Source: Candidatus Woesearchaeota archaeon (lineage in GTDB: Archaea; Nanobdellota; Nanobdellia; Woesearchaeales; GW2011-AR9). Taken from it: a stretch of 64,000 bases of DNA. The notes beneath the pieces are model-generated. The model searched no databases. It had not been told where the DNA came from and saw only the letters and a list, made by a program, of their open reading frames with translations. Positions 37,061 through 45,185 of this stretch are shown in pieces. The stretch lies in assembly GCA_016181265.1 (NCBI GenBank), contig JACOZP010000011.1, positions 6,127 through 70,126 on the forward strand, given 5' to 3'. Within the stretch, counting starts at the first letter, position 1, and every line of letters starts with the position of its first letter. The position numbers were made by a program, and so were the translations under genes.

Positions 37061-37822
37061 ATGTCATTCCTTGATACATTATTTGACCCAGTACTTCAAC
37101 CTTTGATCAATTTTAGTCCCTTCTGGGGGATTGTCATTTTAGGTGTGGGAATTGCCTTCTTATCAACGATCGCGTACAAATATCTGACGGATCAGCGCAA
37201 GATGAAAGATCTGAAGGAGAAACAGAAAGAATATCAAAAGCGGATGAAAGAGCTGCGTTCAGATCCTCAGAAGATGATGGAAGTTCAGAAAGAAGCGATG
37301 AAATCAAATATGGAATATATGAAGATGTCATTTAAACCGACATTGTTCACAATGATCCCATTGTTATTATTGGTAGGGTGGATGGCAGGACATTTGACGT
37401 TCGAACCGATCTATCCTCAAGAAACGTATAGTATGACGGCGATTTTTAAGGAAGGTGTTACTGGTACGGCAGAAATTGTTCCTAGCGTGGGGACAGAAGT
37501 TTTGAATGATGCTTCTCAAGCAATTACGGGGGGAGCAGTGACTTGGAACCTACGCAGTACGGAAGGTGAACACACTTTAGCTGTGAAGTTAGGAGCGCAG
37601 GAGGAAAGTAGAAATGTCCTGATTACAAAAGAGTTACGCTACGCAGATCCACTTCATGTATCTGAACATTCGGATATCGAGAAATTATTGATCAATTACA
37701 AGCCTTTGAAACCGCTTGGTACAACGAACATCTTCGGCTGGCATCCGGGTTGGCTAGGATTATATTTCATTTTCTCATTGATTGGGAGTTTAGCTTTTAG
37801 AAAATTATTGAAGATTTATTAA
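37061..37822 (+). CDS. DUF106 / EMC3-TMCO1-like (archaeal YidC/Oxa1-superfamily) membrane protein with a large extracytoplasmic insert
   Basis: TM1, then the K/E/M-rich coiled coil KMKDLKEKQKEYQKRMKELRSDPQKMMEVQKEAMKSNMEYMKMSFKP, then TM2. Conserved synteny position after secY. Confidence 0.7.
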   Translation: MSFLDTLFDPVLQPLINFSPFWGIVILGVGIAFLSTIAYKYLTDQRKMKDLKEKQKEYQKRMKELRSDPQKMMEVQKEAMKSNMEYMKMSFKPTLFTMIPLLLLVGWMAGHLTFEPIYPQETYSMTAIFKEGVTGTAEIVPSVGTEVLNDASQAITGGAVTWNLRSTEGEHTLAVKLGAQEESRNVLITKELRYADPLHVSEHSDIEKLLINYKPLKPLGTTNIFGWHPGWLGLYFIFSLIGSLAFRKLLKIY

Positions 37823-37828
37823 AAATAT

Positions 37829-38155
37829 TTATGACGTATCATCTTTTGCAGCATCGGTGGTTATCTCTTCGCTTTTCTTGATATTCCTCTTGGCGATATC
37901 GCATTTCTTCTTAAGATCTTGACGTGTGTTTGGAGTTCTAGAATGATTGACATAGCGTTCGGGAGATGAGTAAAGATGGGTTTTTCCCCAGTGCTGATGA
38001 GTAAATAATTTTTCTTTTTTGGGTAGACATTCGAATTCCTTTCTTGTTAAGGGTTTAAGATGATATTTGATGATTATTTCTCCTTTCTTGAGATCTCTAG
38101 CAGCAAAAACCCCTTTGCCGGCTAATTTTCCTTTTCCAATGAAGACTTTATTCAT
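37829..38155 (-). CDS. SET-domain protein (putative lysine methyltransferase)
   Basis: GKGVFAARDLKKGEIII...YVNHSRTPNT. Trimmed to the ATG at 38155. Confidence 0.7.
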   Translation of the reverse strand: MNKVFIGKGKLAGKGVFAARDLKKGEIIIKYHLKPLTRKEFECLPKKEKLFTHQHWGKTHLYSSPERYVNHSRTPNTRQDLKKKCDIAKRNIKKSEEITTDAAKDDTS

Positions 38156-38349
38156 CTCATTGGAGAAAAAAAGAAAATATATCAATCTTCTCCTAAACAT
38201 TTATAAATAACTCGCTACTTTACAGATCAATTCCCTTAGGGAAATCGGATCTTGGAGGCAACTCGGATCATAGGAGCAGAGTATTGTTTCATGTTTTCTA
38301 GTTTGTCTTTGGGATCTACAGATAAAATCAACGATGAGGTATATCTACA

Positions 38350-38625
38350 ATGCCACGAGGAATGTTTAAATCAGGACGATTACGAAAGATATTTGTAAAG
38401 ACACCTGGTAATGAGACTCATATCCATTACCGTCAACGTAAGCCAAGTAAAGCTGTCTGCGGAGTATGTGCAAAGGCACTTGCAGGTGTACCGAGAGAAA
38501 TGCCGGCGACGATGAGAAATTTACCGAAGACCGCGAAGAGACCGGAAAGGCCATATGGCGGCGTTCTCTGCTCCGCGTGCATGAGAGTTATGTTCCAGCA
38601 AAAAGCACGGGGTGAGTCAGCATGA
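38350..38625 (+). CDS. rpl34e: 50S ribosomal protein eL34
   Basis: SGRLRKIFVKTPGNETHIHYRQRKPSKAVCGVCAKALAGVPR. Confidence 0.9.
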   Translation: MPRGMFKSGRLRKIFVKTPGNETHIHYRQRKPSKAVCGVCAKALAGVPREMPATMRNLPKTAKRPERPYGGVLCSACMRVMFQQKARGESA

Positions 38626-38996
38626 GTATCTTTGATGTTGGACGTGTTTGCGTCAAAATTGCCGGCCGCGATGCTGGCAGAAAATGTGTTGTCATTGAAA
38701 AGGTTGATACTCAATTTGTTGTTGTTGACGGTGATGTGCGTCGTAAGAAGGTAAATACAAAACATCTTGAGCCGTTGGAAACGACTGTTGACTTGAAAGG
38801 CAAGACAAGCCATGTTGATGTCAAAACAGCATTTTCAAAGCTAGGATTTCCGGTGTGGGAAACGAAAGCAAAGAAAGTAGCTCCACGTCAGCTTCATCTG
38901 AAGAAGAAACGAGAAGCAACTGCTGTTACTCAGAAGAAGCCAGTGAAGAAGAAAGCGGTTAAAGAGGCTGAAGAGATGGTTTCTGAATCAGTTTAA
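38622..38996 (+). CDS. rpl14e: 50S ribosomal protein eL14
   Basis: GRVCVKIAGRDAGRKCVVIEKVDTQFVVVDG, followed by a K-rich tail. Confidence 0.88.
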   Translation: MSIFDVGRVCVKIAGRDAGRKCVVIEKVDTQFVVVDGDVRRKKVNTKHLEPLETTVDLKGKTSHVDVKTAFSKLGFPVWETKAKKVAPRQLHLKKKREATAVTQKKPVKKKAVKEAEEMVSESV

Positions 38997-39047
38997 TTAT
39001 TTTTATCTTTTCATTTTTCTTTTCCTTTAACAATCTCAAACAATTTC

Positions 39048-40610
39048 TCAAGATCTAATTCGATTGCAGCAACAGGCATCAATAATCCCCACGTAGCAAG
39101 AACAGCAGGAGCAATTTTGTTCCGTCTCTTTAACTGTGTATTCTAAAGCAAGTGAAGAGAAAATGGTGTCTAGTATTTGACGTATTTCCGTGAAGTCGAC
39201 TTTTTCGTGGCAAAGTGCAACGGCTAGATGTTCATTCTCCTCAATACCTGTTTCTGTCTTTTTGTTTGGAGAGAAGACCCGTCCGATCTCAAACAGATTT
39301 TGAGGATATTCATGGTGCTGGTTATCGGCGAGTACCCGGAGCAGGCAGGGGATGACCCATTGGCGCAGATGATTATGTTCGCCGAGCGCATTTTTTAATG
39401 GGATCGCCGTATGCTCTTTAAGATTTTTCAAATTCATCTTGTCGAGAAGTTCTTCTTTGGTAGAGAGATGATAATTTTTCACCTCTAACATCTGTAAGCC
39501 AATAAGCACTCCGCGTATTTTCTTATTGAATACTTCTAATGGATCTTCTTCACCGATGGTGGCGACGTTGGGAATTGTTTCTTTAAAATTCTCATAACCA
39601 TACGCGATGGCCACATCTTCGGCAAGGTCTACTTGATGGAGAATATCGGCGCGGTAAGCAGGTATCAAAACATTTCCATTATCGTAGCCGTAGCCCATCC
39701 TCTCGAGAAGGAGCGTCATCTCTTTCTCTTTTAGAGATAATCCCAAGAGCTTGTTGATAAATGTAGAATCCACTTTCATCTTCTTGGGGAGAAGATTTGG
39801 AGTGATCATTATCTTGTCTGGATAGACTATCTCTACGTTGTAGACTTCTCCACCCATATCGGCGAGTGCAGTGGTGATAATATTTAATGCGACTTCTACA
39901 TTGTGAAGATCTGTTCCAGTGCATTCAACGAAGACCTCGGTTGTTGCGATATCTACTTTTCCGGTGTCATTGGAGTTCGTAAATGGGAGCATACACATGA
40001 TGTTGTTCTTAGCGTCGATGAGAAAAGGAAATTTTTTCCATTCCTTGGTGAGATGTTGATAGGCTTTCCCTTTCGGGTGTAATTCCGGAACATCAGCAGC
40101 CGAGATTTCTGCTTCAAACCCTAACGGTCTAAACTTGATAGTCTTTGGATCTTTAGCGATATACGATATGGGAAAAGTGATATGTCTTAATGGGTAGATT
40201 CCATATGCTGACTTCTTTCTGTTTCTTCCGTGTGTGGTGGCAAGTTTTTCTTGGATCTGCATGATCTGGCGAATCCTTTCGTCGTCAAACGTCAGGTTCT
40301 TGACGATAGCACACGCAGTATAGGGGCGCATGGTGACGGAAGGATCCACAATAACTTTGCAGCCGCTTTCTTTAACGGAGTATTGTTTCAAACCGGTCTT
40401 GACGCCGATGAACGAGGAGAAGGCGCGGGCGAAACCTTGTTCGGAGAGCATATCTGGCCGGTTCGGAAAGATTTCTACGTTAATCTCGCCGTTCTCAATG
40501 CTTTCAAGATCAGTACCAAGCATGCTGATGCGATCTTTGAGCTGTTCCATTGGTAGAATTTTTCCTACGAGTTGTTCAAAGACTTTTTGATTGACGGTTA
40601 TGGTGGGCAT
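39048..40610 (-). CDS. pheT: phenylalanine--tRNA ligase beta subunit (3' end apparently frameshifted)
   Basis: MPTITVNQKVFEQLVGK...NGEINVEIFPNRPDMLSEQGFARA. The last 22 codons (NCSCCSCYVGIIDACCCNRIRS) look out of frame; see the finding. Confidence 0.85.
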   Translation of the reverse strand: MPTITVNQKVFEQLVGKILPMEQLKDRISMLGTDLESIENGEINVEIFPNRPDMLSEQGFARAFSSFIGVKTGLKQYSVKESGCKVIVDPSVTMRPYTACAIVKNLTFDDERIRQIMQIQEKLATTHGRNRKKSAYGIYPLRHITFPISYIAKDPKTIKFRPLGFEAEISAADVPELHPKGKAYQHLTKEWKKFPFLIDAKNNIMCMLPFTNSNDTGKVDIATTEVFVECTGTDLHNVEVALNIITTALADMGGEVYNVEIVYPDKIMITPNLLPKKMKVDSTFINKLLGLSLKEKEMTLLLERMGYGYDNGNVLIPAYRADILHQVDLAEDVAIAYGYENFKETIPNVATIGEEDPLEVFNKKIRGVLIGLQMLEVKNYHLSTKEELLDKMNLKNLKEHTAIPLKNALGEHNHLRQWVIPCLLRVLADNQHHEYPQNLFEIGRVFSPNKKTETGIEENEHLAVALCHEKVDFTEIRQILDTIFSSLALEYTVKETEQNCSCCSCYVGIIDACCCNRIRS

Positions 40611-40631
40611 TTTTGTTATTTTCTTTTTTTT

Positions 40632-41240
40632 TTAGATGAGCATCTTTGCAAAGTAAGCCGCAGCGATGAATACGGGGATGAGTAGTATTAAGAAAGGGAT
40701 AAGTACTGTTGCTATGCTTATCCCTAAACTCAATTTCTGTCTTTTGTGAATTCCGATGATCTCAATGATTAATGAATAGATCGCCGCTGGGAAGTTGACG
40801 TATTGGATAAATGAGAAGATACTAGGGGCGACAGAGTAGGCAATGACCGCAAACGTTTCTCTGTACCCCTGCTTTCCGCCGAAGAGCCTGACGAAAAGAT
40901 GGACCAAGCCTGTACACACAAAGAGAAAGCCCCAGCCAAGCAAAAGGATAAGAGGAAACATAATAATTAGTCCGATGAGAAAACCTATTCCCGCAAATCC
41001 TCCTATCAGTGCAGCTAGTTCTGACTCTTGAGAATTTAGTGCGACTGCCAAGGAGATCCCGAAGAGTATATAAAATATTAAGACCGTTAAAGCTTGCGCT
41101 TTGATGAAGAAGATGGTTGGCTCACGATAACTATCCTTTTTTGGAAGTTGTTCATAGAATTCAGTGGGATGGAACATGACATCCCTCCACGTTTTCCAAA
41201 ATCCTGTTTTTTTTACTATAATCTTCTTTATTTCAACCAT
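40632..41240 (-). CDS. Yip1-domain membrane protein
   Basis: 202 aa with an N-terminal soluble part (WRDVMFHPTEFYEQL) and five TM spans. Overlaps the pheS stop. Confidence 0.55.
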   Translation of the reverse strand: MVEIKKIIVKKTGFWKTWRDVMFHPTEFYEQLPKKDSYREPTIFFIKAQALTVLIFYILFGISLAVALNSQESELAALIGGFAGIGFLIGLIIMFPLILLLGWGFLFVCTGLVHLFVRLFGGKQGYRETFAVIAYSVAPSIFSFIQYVNFPAAIYSLIIEIIGIHKRQKLSLGISIATVLIPFLILLIPVFIAAAYFAKMLI

Positions 41241-42745
41241 AATTTCATCTCTCTTAATTGTTTGACATCATTTTTGTACAAATCGCGAATATCAGTAATT
41301 TTCCAATACTCCCCGATGATTCTTCCCATGCCCTGTCCCCAAGCTAGGACAGGACATTCAAATCCTAATAGTGGTTTGACAACTTCTGGCCGGAAGATGC
41401 CGGCTCCACCTAATTCAATCCATTGTTTTTTGATGGGATGAAAAACATCAACTTCTAAAGATGGCTCGGTGTAAGGAAAATGGGCGGGTCTCATGCGTAC
41501 GGCAGTGTAGCCCATTTTTTTGTAGAACTGGGTGAGATACCCTTTGAGATGTTTAAGATTAGCGTTGGGGTCGACAACAATTCCATCTATTTGATAGAAT
41601 TCAAAGAGATGCTTCCAGTCGAGAGCTTCATTGCGGAAGACTCGACCTACAGCAAAGAATTTCGCAGGAAGATCTTCCTTTTTTAATTTGGAGAGGGTTT
41701 GTGCGGAGAGAACAGTAGTGTGCGTACGTAAAAGAAGTTGTTTTGTTTCTTCTTCTGAAAATGGATATCTCCAGCCAGTACTTCCTGTATCACTTCCGTT
41801 TTCGTGAACTTCTTTGACTTTCTTCCAGAGTGGAGGCAGTTTTGCTTTTCCTTCTACGTAGAATGTATCTTGCATCTCACGGGCGGGATGATCTTGGGGT
41901 ACGAAGAGGGCGTCTAAATCCCAAAATGCGGATTGAACATAATTTCCGGTCATCTCTTTGAAGCCGAGGTCGAGCCAGATCTGTTTGATATATTCCAGTG
42001 CTTCGTTGTCGAAATGTTTTTTTCCCGGGTGGATTTTTGGGACATTAATCTCCACATCATATGCACGAAAAGTCTTTTCTTTCCAGCTTCCCGTCTTGAG
42101 CATGGCAGGAGTGAGGCGATTGACAACTTCCGCACTTAGATCTTCTTTGAGCAGCTCGTGACCGAGTGGATTGAGAATGATCGTCACTTTTTTTTCTTCG
42201 TGGACAGAAATGATGTCTTTTCTTCTTTTCAATTCGTCAACGATAGTTCTATCTTTAGATTCTTCATATTCCTTAGGAAAAGCGTGAAGAAGAAAATATT
42301 CTTCCGGCCACTGAGTATTCTGTATTTTCTTTCCTTCCTCTGTAATCTTAACGGAGAGCCCTTCTTGTTGAGAAATCTCTACAGCGTTTTTCTTTTTAAG
42401 GAGGCCGACACAGGCATTCGCTTCTTCGCGGCTGAGCTTCGCTTTTTTGGTGATGACATTGAGTCCTTTAAATGATTCGTCTAACGCTTTGAGAAAACGT
42501 TTTTCCGGCAGGCCATCCTTCTTGTACACTTGCCCGTTTTTTTCGAGATGAACGACTTTTCTCTTTTCACTTTGGATCTTGATGATCTCTTTGTTCTCTA
42601 GCCATTGTAATGCTCGCATGACTTCAACTTCGCTTAGTTTTGCATGTGTGGCGACGCTGCTTAATTCTAAATGTTGTTGAAGGACAGGAAGAACCTGTCG
42701 TTCCAAAGGGTGCAGTTTGGCTACAATACTCTGGATATTGTCCAT
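41228..42745 (-). CDS. pheS: phenylalanine--tRNA ligase alpha subunit
   Basis: Class II core: HPAREMQDTFYV...LLRTHTTVLS...FAVGRVFRNEALDWKHLFEFYQIDG...GAGIFRPEV. Confidence 0.93.
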   Translation of the reverse strand: MDNIQSIVAKLHPLERQVLPVLQQHLELSSVATHAKLSEVEVMRALQWLENKEIIKIQSEKRKVVHLEKNGQVYKKDGLPEKRFLKALDESFKGLNVITKKAKLSREEANACVGLLKKKNAVEISQQEGLSVKITEEGKKIQNTQWPEEYFLLHAFPKEYEESKDRTIVDELKRRKDIISVHEEKKVTIILNPLGHELLKEDLSAEVVNRLTPAMLKTGSWKEKTFRAYDVEINVPKIHPGKKHFDNEALEYIKQIWLDLGFKEMTGNYVQSAFWDLDALFVPQDHPAREMQDTFYVEGKAKLPPLWKKVKEVHENGSDTGSTGWRYPFSEEETKQLLLRTHTTVLSAQTLSKLKKEDLPAKFFAVGRVFRNEALDWKHLFEFYQIDGIVVDPNANLKHLKGYLTQFYKKMGYTAVRMRPAHFPYTEPSLEVDVFHPIKKQWIELGGAGIFRPEVVKPLLGFECPVLAWGQGMGRIIGEYWKITDIRDLYKNDVKQLREMKLWLK

Positions 42746-42767
42746 TTGGATGGATAATCAAGGGTGA

Positions 42768-42775
42768 TTTATAAA
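42768..42775. promoter_or_regulatory. palindromic TATA box shared by pheS and a divergent gene
   Basis: TTTATAAA is centred 26.5 nt from the pheS ATG (42745) and 28.5 nt from the TTG at 42800. Confidence 0.45.
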
Positions 42776-42799
42776 ATTATAGCTGAGGATGCTTTCATT

Positions 42800-43246
42800 T
42801 TGAGAAACGATGTTCTTATTAAGATCATTAATTTTCTTGACAGGATGGGTTTGTTAAATCATCTTTTTAGATCGGCTGAAGCCACTGCTAGAGAAATTGA
42901 GGTTGATGATAAGGCTATAGTAAGAGTATGGAAAGAGTACCTCCTACTGCTTCCTTTTAAGAAAGATCTTATCTTACGTAAAGGTTTTGGTTCCGGAGAA
43001 GATTTGAATCGGGTTAAGAAACAGTTGACTTTAGAACTAACCGATCTCTCTCGTGAGAGGAAAACCGAATCACAATTAATTTCGGATTTAGAAGCAATAG
43101 AACATTCTCGAAAAGTGAAGAGAGTGCAACGTCTAGAACATTGTTTGGGATACGCTAGAACAAAACATGAATATGTGTATCAGTTGTTACGTCATCTTCA
43201 TTCCATTTTACAAACGGAAATGAATCTTGTCAGGAGATCACTCTAG
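42800..43246 (+). CDS. hypothetical protein (start uncertain; possibly the 5' part of an interrupted gene)
   Basis: The track ORF begins at a GTG at 42764, which lies inside the TATA box. TTG 42800 or ATG 42845 are more plausible starts. Ends in TAG. Confidence 0.4.
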   Translation: MRNDVLIKIINFLDRMGLLNHLFRSAEATAREIEVDDKAIVRVWKEYLLLLPFKKDLILRKGFGSGEDLNRVKKQLTLELTDLSRERKTESQLISDLEAIEHSRKVKRVQRLEHCLGYARTKHEYVYQLLRHLHSILQTEMNLVRRSL

Positions 43247-43354
43247 AGTTCGCGTAATCTTGATAAGTTAATTTCTCATTTACGATCTCAATTACAATTG
43301 GAGTTGGAAGTCGTTGCACAAATATAGAAAATAAAAGGTTTTCACGATTTATTT

Positions 43355-43732
43355 TTGGCACTCGTCAAAGGGGAGCACATTATTCATACAATGGATGTAG
43401 GAGAAAAAAAGCTTCTCAAAAAGATGGGAAAAGAGATGAGTAAAGTCTTTTCCGGTGAAATAACAAAAGGCATAACTCTTCAATGGGTGCAAGTTGTCTT
43501 TGACGCAATTGGAGATAAAGCTCTCGAGGCGGTTGAGGCTGGAAGATTAGACTATCATCCCGATATGGATTTTGAATTTGTAAATCGACCAGAATTTGTG
43601 GAATTAGTTAGGGAGAGCAGACAAAAACTTGGTGGAAGAACAGTTTCGAAACAAATGATAACGGTCTTTACTCATGTGTTTAGAGAATGGTATAATCACG
43701 AAAGAGATTCAATCTTGAGTTCAAGAAAATAA
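43355..43732 (+). CDS. hypothetical protein (same frame as 42800..43246)
   Basis: 125-aa ORF from a TTG; the first ATG is at 43391 (MDVGEKKLLKK). Confidence 0.4.
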   Translation: MALVKGEHIIHTMDVGEKKLLKKMGKEMSKVFSGEITKGITLQWVQVVFDAIGDKALEAVEAGRLDYHPDMDFEFVNRPEFVELVRESRQKLGGRTVSKQMITVFTHVFREWYNHERDSILSSRK

Positions 43733-43774
43733 AAAAGAAGTAAAAATTCTAGAAGAATAAAAATAAAAAAAAAC

Positions 43775-44569
43775 TTACTTCAATGACCAGAAGTGATTAA
43801 ACACTTGGTCCATGGAACTAGTAAAGTAAGGGGTCTTTACCCATATCCCCAGATCATAAGAGGGGTGGACTTCTTTGTCATCAATGGTCATGAACACAAT
43901 ATCTTTCCCATCAACCGTGACAAAGCGTGACGTTACTTTGTTGTTGTGTTTTACTTCTGCGAAATTCTTAATCAATTCGTACGCATCCTTATTTTCTTTG
44001 GTCAAAGGCGCAGCAATACGGATCTTGACTCCTCGACGTTTTGCTTTTTCAAAACAACTTTTTAGGCCTTCTACTTTCCGCATGAAGCCGGTGTCAGAAG
44101 TCATAATATTAACACTTTCTTTCGAGTTCTTGATCAAAAGGTCAAGATGGTTATAGAGATTGTTGCGACCCCGTAAACAGCCGCTCATCTCAGTCGGGTC
44201 GACGAGATTAATCCCTTGTGAATGAAGTGTTTCTAGTTCTGCGAGGAGCGGAGAATTCTTGACTGTCTCTAATCGCTTTACTTTTTCTTGTGCTTCTACA
44301 TTCATGTTTTTCTTGACGCGATCGACAACTTCACTAGGGGGAATAGCAATGTATTTGATCGGCTTGCCTAACTTCATGACGACAAAACCTTTCTTCTCAA
44401 GAGATTCTAAGACATCATAACTTCGTGAGCGTGGAACATCAGCGATATCAGATAATTCTCCTGCTGTAGAAACGCCACGTGATAATAATGCGGCCCATAA
44501 TTTAACTTCGTATAGATTTAAATCAAAATAGCGCCGCAGCTTACTCAGTAGTTCATCTTTTACAATCAT
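43775..44569 (-). CDS. TrmB-family transcriptional regulator
   Basis: N-terminal wHTH: LNLYEVKLWAALLSRGVSTAGELSDIADVPRSRSYDVLESLEKKGFV. Confidence 0.8.
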   Translation of the reverse strand: MIVKDELLSKLRRYFDLNLYEVKLWAALLSRGVSTAGELSDIADVPRSRSYDVLESLEKKGFVVMKLGKPIKYIAIPPSEVVDRVKKNMNVEAQEKVKRLETVKNSPLLAELETLHSQGINLVDPTEMSGCLRGRNNLYNHLDLLIKNSKESVNIMTSDTGFMRKVEGLKSCFEKAKRRGVKIRIAAPLTKENKDAYELIKNFAEVKHNNKVTSRFVTVDGKDIVFMTIDDKEVHPSYDLGIWVKTPYFTSSMDQVFNHFWSLK

Positions 44570-44698
44570 TTAAAACCCCTCCTTTTTTCACAAACGTGAA
44601 ATTCTTCTCGGAAAACCCGTTGTTTTGAGTTTTCGCTACTTTATTATCACTAATATTAACTACTATTAAAAGGTTGTGGTTTTGGAAAATAATGGTCA

Positions 44699-45136
44699 TT
44701 ATTGTTTTTTTCTGCTGGACTCATTTTTGTTTTTTTGAAAGAAAAATTCAGCAAGTTCTATGCCGATGTAGAATGTTAATGAGTGGAAGAACCACCACGT
44801 CGCGGGATGAAGATGCACCCCCAAGAATACAAAAGGGGGCGGGCTATACCGTGCGTAAATCCCGAGGAATTGGATGAATCCAGAATAGGAAGCAGCAAGA
44901 TAGTATGATGTGATCCATGTTCCGAAGATGAAAGCATAGATGAACTTTTTCCAATGCTCTTTTTTGTTAAAGATGAAAAACCAGATGATCGCAAACAAGA
45001 GCGAATTGGCAAACTTGCTGATGAAATAAAAATTACTTTCGCCGACCCCAAGCTGATGGAAAATAACATCGAGAATCCAAAATGTGAAGAAGGCGATAGC
45101 TGTTTGATAGATTTTTCTTTTCGTATCTTCTTTCAC
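44699..45136 (-). CDS. hypothetical membrane protein (4 TM, aromatic-rich)
   Basis: 145-aa ORF with multiple hydrophobic spans. Confidence 0.5.
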   Translation of the reverse strand: MKEDTKRKIYQTAIAFFTFWILDVIFHQLGVGESNFYFISKFANSLLFAIIWFFIFNKKEHWKKFIYAFIFGTWITSYYLAASYSGFIQFLGIYARYSPPPFVFLGVHLHPATWWFFHSLTFYIGIELAEFFFQKNKNESSRKKQ

Positions 45137-45185
45137 AAGAAAATGATATTATGGGACTATAAATAGTTTTGGAAAGGAACATGAA

